Source of the DNA: Halarcobacter sp.
GTDB taxonomy: Bacteria > Campylobacterota > Campylobacteria > Campylobacterales > Arcobacteraceae
Direction of reading: 5' to 3'
Length of the DNA: 64,000 nt
NCBI GenBank assembly: GCA_963676565.1
Contig: OY781089.1
Location: 1,024,001 to 1,088,000 of the forward strand
Part shown: positions 62,849-64,000 of the stretch, piece after piece
How positions within the stretch are numbered: the stretch's first letter is position 1
Layout: every line of letters starts with the position of its first letter
Position numbers and translations under genes: made by a program
Notes under the pieces: generated by a model
Database searches by the model: none
What the model was told of the DNA's origin: nothing
What the model saw: the letters and a program-made list of their open reading frames with translations, nothing else

Positions 62849-64000
62849 TTATTCATCACAAGATGTAATTTTATCTTTTCCAGTTTTTTTAGATTTGTAT
62901 AAGAGTTTATCTACTCTTTTATAAATAGTTTCAGCACTATCATTTTTAAGTACTTGTACAAGTCCCCCACTAATAGTTATAGGAGTTTTATCATCCACTT
63001 TTAGATTTTTTCTTAGTAATTGAAGTATTTTATATGAAACTATTTTTGCTGTTTCAAGTTCTGTATTTGGAAGTAAAATTGCAAACTCTTCTCCACCCAT
63101 TCTATATAGTTCATCATTAACTCTAATATGCTCTTTAACTATTTCACAAAAGTTTATTAATACTTCATCTCCCTTATGGTGTCCAAAAGTGTCGTTTATT
63201 CTTTTAAAGTCATCTAAATCAACATAAATTATTGAAAAGTAAATATTATACCTTGTGTATTCATTTAAAAGTTCATCTATTTTTTCATTATAAGCAGTCC
63301 TGTTGTAAGCTTTTGTTAAAGAATCTCTTAATGCTTGTTCTCTTATCTCTTTGGTTTGCTCTTTTACTTTTTGTTCAAGGGTCTCATTTAATTCTTTTAA
63401 TTGTATCTCTTGTTTCTTCTTTTGGGATATATCAATTATCATTCCAATAAATTCAAAATTATCCAATTCGTTAGAGTAGCTGTTCTCAAGTGCATTTGCA
63501 GAAAAATCAACAATTATATTTGTTTTATCTTTTTTTATTAAAACCAATTCCCCACTAAATGTTCTTTTTTCTTTTATTTGTTTAAAAAGTTTTAATTCTA
63601 GTAATTTGTCTTTTTTGTAAATTGTTCTAATATTTTTACCAATGATTTCATCTCTTTCAAATCCTAACATTTCACTAAACTTTTCATTTGCCCATAAAAA
63701 ACTATTGTTTTTTATATGAAAAATCCCAGCGGTTTTTAATTGAATAAGTGCAGAATTTTCAGCATTTAATTTACTATTTAACTTTTCTTGCAATTTTAAT
63801 TTTTCAATTTTTGTTAGGTGATACTTATATAAAGTGATAATTAAAATAAAAATCATAAACCAAAGAAGATATATTAATTGGGTATTGTTCTTTTCAACTT
63901 TATACTCTTTTAAAATATATCTTTGTCTAATTTGATTGAAATTTTTGTTTTTCTCAAGGTAGATAATTGTTTTATCCAAAATATTTCTAAATAAGCTTAA
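62849..64000 (-). CDS. Membrane PAS-GGDEF diguanylate cyclase, C-terminal part (start lies beyond window)
   Basis: TM, PAS (ANEKFSEMLGF..EIIGKN), DLDDFKRIND.FGH..GD, RxxD I-site (RVND), GGEEF; frame open up to base 64000. Confidence 0.9.
   Translation of the reverse strand, partial: LSLFRNILDKTIIYLEKNKNFNQIRQRYILKEYKVEKNNTQLIYLLWFMIFILIITLYKYHLTKIEKLKLQEKLNSKLNAENSALIQLKTAGIFHIKNNSFLWANEKFSEMLGFERDEIIGKNIRTIYKKDKLLELKLFKQIKEKRTFSGELVLIKKDKTNIIVDFSANALENSYSNELDNFEFIGMIIDISQKKKQEIQLKELNETLEQKVKEQTKEIREQALRDSLTKAYNRTAYNEKIDELLNEYTRYNIYFSIIYVDLDDFKRINDTFGHHKGDEVLINFCEIVKEHIRVNDELYRMGGEEFAILLPNTELETAKIVSYKILQLLRKNLKVDDKTPITISGGLVQVLKNDSAETIYKRVDKLLYKSKKTGKDKITSCDE

Noticed and set aside
3805..63450. 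Many 60-135 aa ORF-track entries antisense to or nested within long genes
   Set aside because: They lie within well-supported genes, lack recognisable motifs, and reflect reverse-frame codon bias
62849..63979. ORF-track start of the GGDEF gene at 63979
   Set aside because: The frame stays open to base 64000; the gene is cut by the window edge, not a short protein or pseudogene
1..64000. Phase-variable poly-G/C tracts, prophage, IS transposases, CRISPR arrays, rRNA or tRNA
   Set aside because: None seen on reading; the longest G/C runs noticed were only about 5-6 nt

Overview
Very AT-rich chromosomal window from a Campylobacterota bacterium, most likely Arcobacteraceae (inferred from tandem trxA, a MOMP-type porin, ccoNOQP-DUF4006-fixH-addB order and Wolinella-type frdCAB). 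Most of it is core housekeeping: alaS (partial), trxA x2, trxB-dapB-purF, uvrD-truB-ispE-smpB, cbb3 oxidase, addB, prfB, porin, folB-plsY, nadAC, lpxC-tsaB-thrB, infB-rbfA-rimP-ribD, efp-serA-rpsA-ispH-aroA-pheTS, accA-fabF-acpP-fabG, queE and a partial PAS-GGDEF gene. A ~15 kb block between trxA2 and trxB carries a DASS transporter, a two-component system, a Lol-like ABC/LolA-like/beta-barrel module, frdCAB with a coupled class I fumarase, and an alanine:cation symporter. I saw no rRNA, tRNA, CRISPR array, transposase or prophage. The most interesting unexplained signals are: (1) a start-codon-less perfect Shine-Dalgarno plus C-rich tracts in the frd-fum 3' UTR, a candidate ribosome-protected 3'-UTR sRNA; (2) a GTCAC-N6-GTCAC-type box shared by the DASS, frd, ccoN and porin promoters; (3) a 31-aa membrane ORF in the cbb3 operon that the ORF track misses; (4) a probable AUA start codon for tsaB; (5) a 123-bp MITE-like palindrome; (6) the Lol-like module with unknown cargo. 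All calls come from reading the sequence; no database searches were run.
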